Assembly: GCA_950097015.1 (NCBI GenBank)
Contig: CATNEN010000038.1
Span: 496,001 to 560,000 of the forward strand
Length of the DNA stretch: 64,000 nucleotides
Origin: Macrostomum hystrix
Lineage: Eukaryota > Animalia > Platyhelminthes
Direction: 5' to 3'
Shown one piece after another: positions 61,563 through 64,000 of this stretch. A model generated the notes under the pieces. It was not told where the DNA came from and ran no database searches. It saw only the letters and a program-made list of their open reading frames with translations. The translations under genes were made by a program, and so were the position numbers. The number at the start of each line of letters is the position of its first letter. Positions within the stretch are counted from its first letter, which is position 1.

Positions 61563-62945
61563 TGCCTCCAGGGTCTTCGACAAGAGTCGCTGAATACCTC
61601 GGTATTTGAAATACCCCGTGCTCTTTCCTCAGGGGAAAATAGTATGGTCTTTCTACTGTTAAACCCTGAAGTTAAACCCTGAACTTAAACCCTGAAGAAA
61701 CCCTGAGTCTGAAGTTAATAATAGTGCGACTGAAATGTTTGACCTTATGCAGTGCCGAGTAAAATTTTAGCCGTCAGTCCTGTTACTAGAAAGACTGTTA
61801 AATGTGAACCCTAGCACTGCCAAAGGTCAGACACAGTCCTCGCAAAGCAAACTATTGCTTGCAGACAATTTGCATGCTGCCTTGACACTCATTGCACCTT
61901 GTTTTGTGTGTTTCATTTGTGAAACCTAATACATTCTGAGCAAAGACTCCACGTTCTCAGTCTTTTCAGGAAAACCACAGCTTTTGTGTGTTTCAATCTT
62001 CAGCAGCTGAAGTTGTGAGTTTCATAAATGCTTGAAACAAAAAAATCTATAGTGCTTTGTTGCTATTATTTGTGCCTAAACTTAAGCTTCGGTTTTTGTT
62101 TGTCCAGAAGCTCGGTTTCAATGGAGTCTTTTCAGAATAAACTATACTCACGTAGTGAGCTTAACTTTGAGACTTCAAGTTTATGCTTAAGACCCATTTG
62201 ACAGAAATTGGAACGAAAAAACGTTTTTAAGCGAAAGTTCAATGCTTCACAGACTCACTCTTCACACTACCTGATTACTCACAAGTCAACAAGCCATGTG
62301 AACGTGAATGATATATATTAGACCATGCTGCCAAATATAGAATATTTGTGATACCATATTGTCCTTTCATAAAGAATTCTGCTATTCGTACCAGCTCGCC
62401 ACAACGTGTTATGACAAAAATGGTCACTTGTGACCCCTGCCACAGCCCCGGCCGCGTGCTCAGCGCATCTGGTCCAGGTGCTCAGACGCATAGAACTAGA
62501 CTCTAGAATAGAATCAAGTTTATTTATCAGAATACTCTGCGCTCGGAAATATGTACAGTCGGGCACCGGTGCAGAGGCCAGCGTGTGCACTGTATGCTGG
62601 GTTTTTGTGCCGAAAAAAGGGCGAGACCGCGAGTTTCTCGGGGTGCGGGGTTGGTCATTCCAGCTGGCAGCTGAGGTGGTTGCGTCTGTATTGTCTGTTC
62701 AAGGTGCACGCTCCAATTGTGTGACAATGCTCACATGAATTCCAGTCCTGTGCAATCGGATGCTTTCGACTTATTAATAGCAGCCTCCCCAGTTGACCAG
62801 GGGAGGCGGTCACAGACGGTGAGCAAGAAGTCTAGGTCAAAAGGTCTCCTTGCTTGTCAGTATAAATTGTGTCGACAACAAGCCACCCTCTGAGCAACTT
62901 AAGGGCCGCTAGAGCTCAACGGTAATCATCAACCCTACTGTGAAA

Positions 62946-63526
62946 ATGTCTGAGTCCGAGGCGACTCCGAGCCCGAATCGCTGCGTTCGGGCGCTGAAGG
63001 CCGTGCTGCGCCACCGGGCTGTGATAGTCACATTTGTGGTGCCCCTGGCTCTTCTACCCTTGATTTTCTATATTGGAACCAAGGTTTGCCAGTTTGCTTC
63101 CAATCCTTGTGTCCTGAGAATTTTTTTACTCTTGCTTGATTCGCACATTTCGATTGGACCTATGCTGCCTCACAGGAAGCCAAGGCGGCCTTCATCATCA
63201 TCACGATGTCGTTCTACTGGAACTTCGAAGTGGTACCACTCGGCATCACGGCGCTGATGCCGGTGGTGCTGGTGCCAGTCCTAGGCATCATGCCCAGCAG
63301 GGACATCTGTCCCTCTTACTTTAAGGTGTAGTACTGGAATATACTGGAATAGTTATTTATGTTCCCGCATGCAGTTAATCCTGAACTTTTCTTAACCTAC
63401 CTTCTTGCAGGACTCAAACATGCTGTTTCTTGGTGGGCTTATTCTGGCGGTGTCCATTGAAGTCTGGGATCTGCACAAGAGAGTGGCTCTGAAAGTTCTA
63501 CTACTATGCGGTGTTCAGCCCAGGTG
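62946..63526 (+). CDS. SLC13 (Na+/dicarboxylate-citrate/sulfate cotransporter, INDY-like), 5' exons; continues beyond window
   Basis: Exons 62946-63083, 63176-63325 and 63411-63526: [70 protein letters not shown] tataaat at 62861. Confidence 0.93.
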
Positions 63527-63589
63527 GTGAGTGATAATGATGTGCTCTAATTTTACTAAAATATAGAATATTTAAAGCACTATTTGCGA

Positions 63590-63724
63590 GGGCCGCTTAC
63601 AGCTCAGTCTTGGGTAATTGAGAATTAAGTGTCTGGCTCGAGGACACATACTGTTTCCCCAGAGCTCAGATTCGAACTTAAGACTTCCGATTATGAGTCC
63701 AAAGACCTTACCACTGGTCACTCC
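63590..63724 (-). mobile_element. tRNA-derived SINE-like fragment in SLC13 intron
   Basis: Minus strand ggagtgaccagtggtaaggtctttggactcataatcggaagtcttaagttcgaatct shows A- and B-box-like motifs. Confidence 0.45.
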
Positions 63725-64000
63725 ATTAACTTCATCATATTTGGCATCAGCCCCTGTTTAAATTATGCTTACAATTCAGTATTAAGGGACTGCTTCGCCA
63801 GACTCAATCATGAGAAATGTCTAAGTTCAACTGAGAGTAAATTAGTCATATAAGAGCCTCATAATAAGTGAAACAGCAAAACATCACATTGTACTAGTAG
63901 CTCGTTATTAGTAAATCCAAAAAATTTCAAGATATACTTGTAATTCTGGTCCGATGTGCACAAAAATTGTTATTTAACTTAATGCCTTTGTTACCATGCA

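Noticed and set aside
61659-61705. Telomere-like (gttaaaccctgaa) x4
   Set aside because: The 13-bp unit is not TTAGGG-periodic; it is an ordinary short tandem repeat.

Overview
Eukaryotic (animal) genomic DNA with short GT-AG exons and introns packed with minisatellites. The style resembles a free-living flatworm such as Macrostomum, but this is inference only. Spliced genes reconstructed by hand: the 3' part of a receptor guanylyl cyclase (+); an intronless, frameshifted helical protein with a Gly-zipper hairpin (-); a 5-exon LAMP-like type I membrane glycoprotein (-) head-to-head with proteasome subunit PSMB1 (+); an NCKAP5-like coiled-coil gene (-); an ABCG half-transporter (-); a divergent histidine/aromatic amino acid decarboxylase (-); and the 5' part of an SLC13 transporter (+). 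PSMB1 intron 1 holds a complete Mutator/Phantom-type transposon with a 9-bp TSD and a PHD-polyQ-FLYWCH-MULE transposase carrying two stops. There are also tRNA-derived SINEs, a MITE with long TIRs, and about 20 distinct tandem arrays, which generate most of the long ORFs in the supplied track. Most notable: (1) an array of about 8 short hairpins with different stems but a shared GTATT loop next to a tRNA-Leu-like head (10526-10929); (2) a candidate amine-metabolism cluster made of the re-tuned decarboxylase, the ABCG transporter, and relics of a GNAT/AANAT-like exon and a second decarboxylase tail; (3) the pore-forming-toxin-like gene. All homology calls are from recalled motifs, not database searches.
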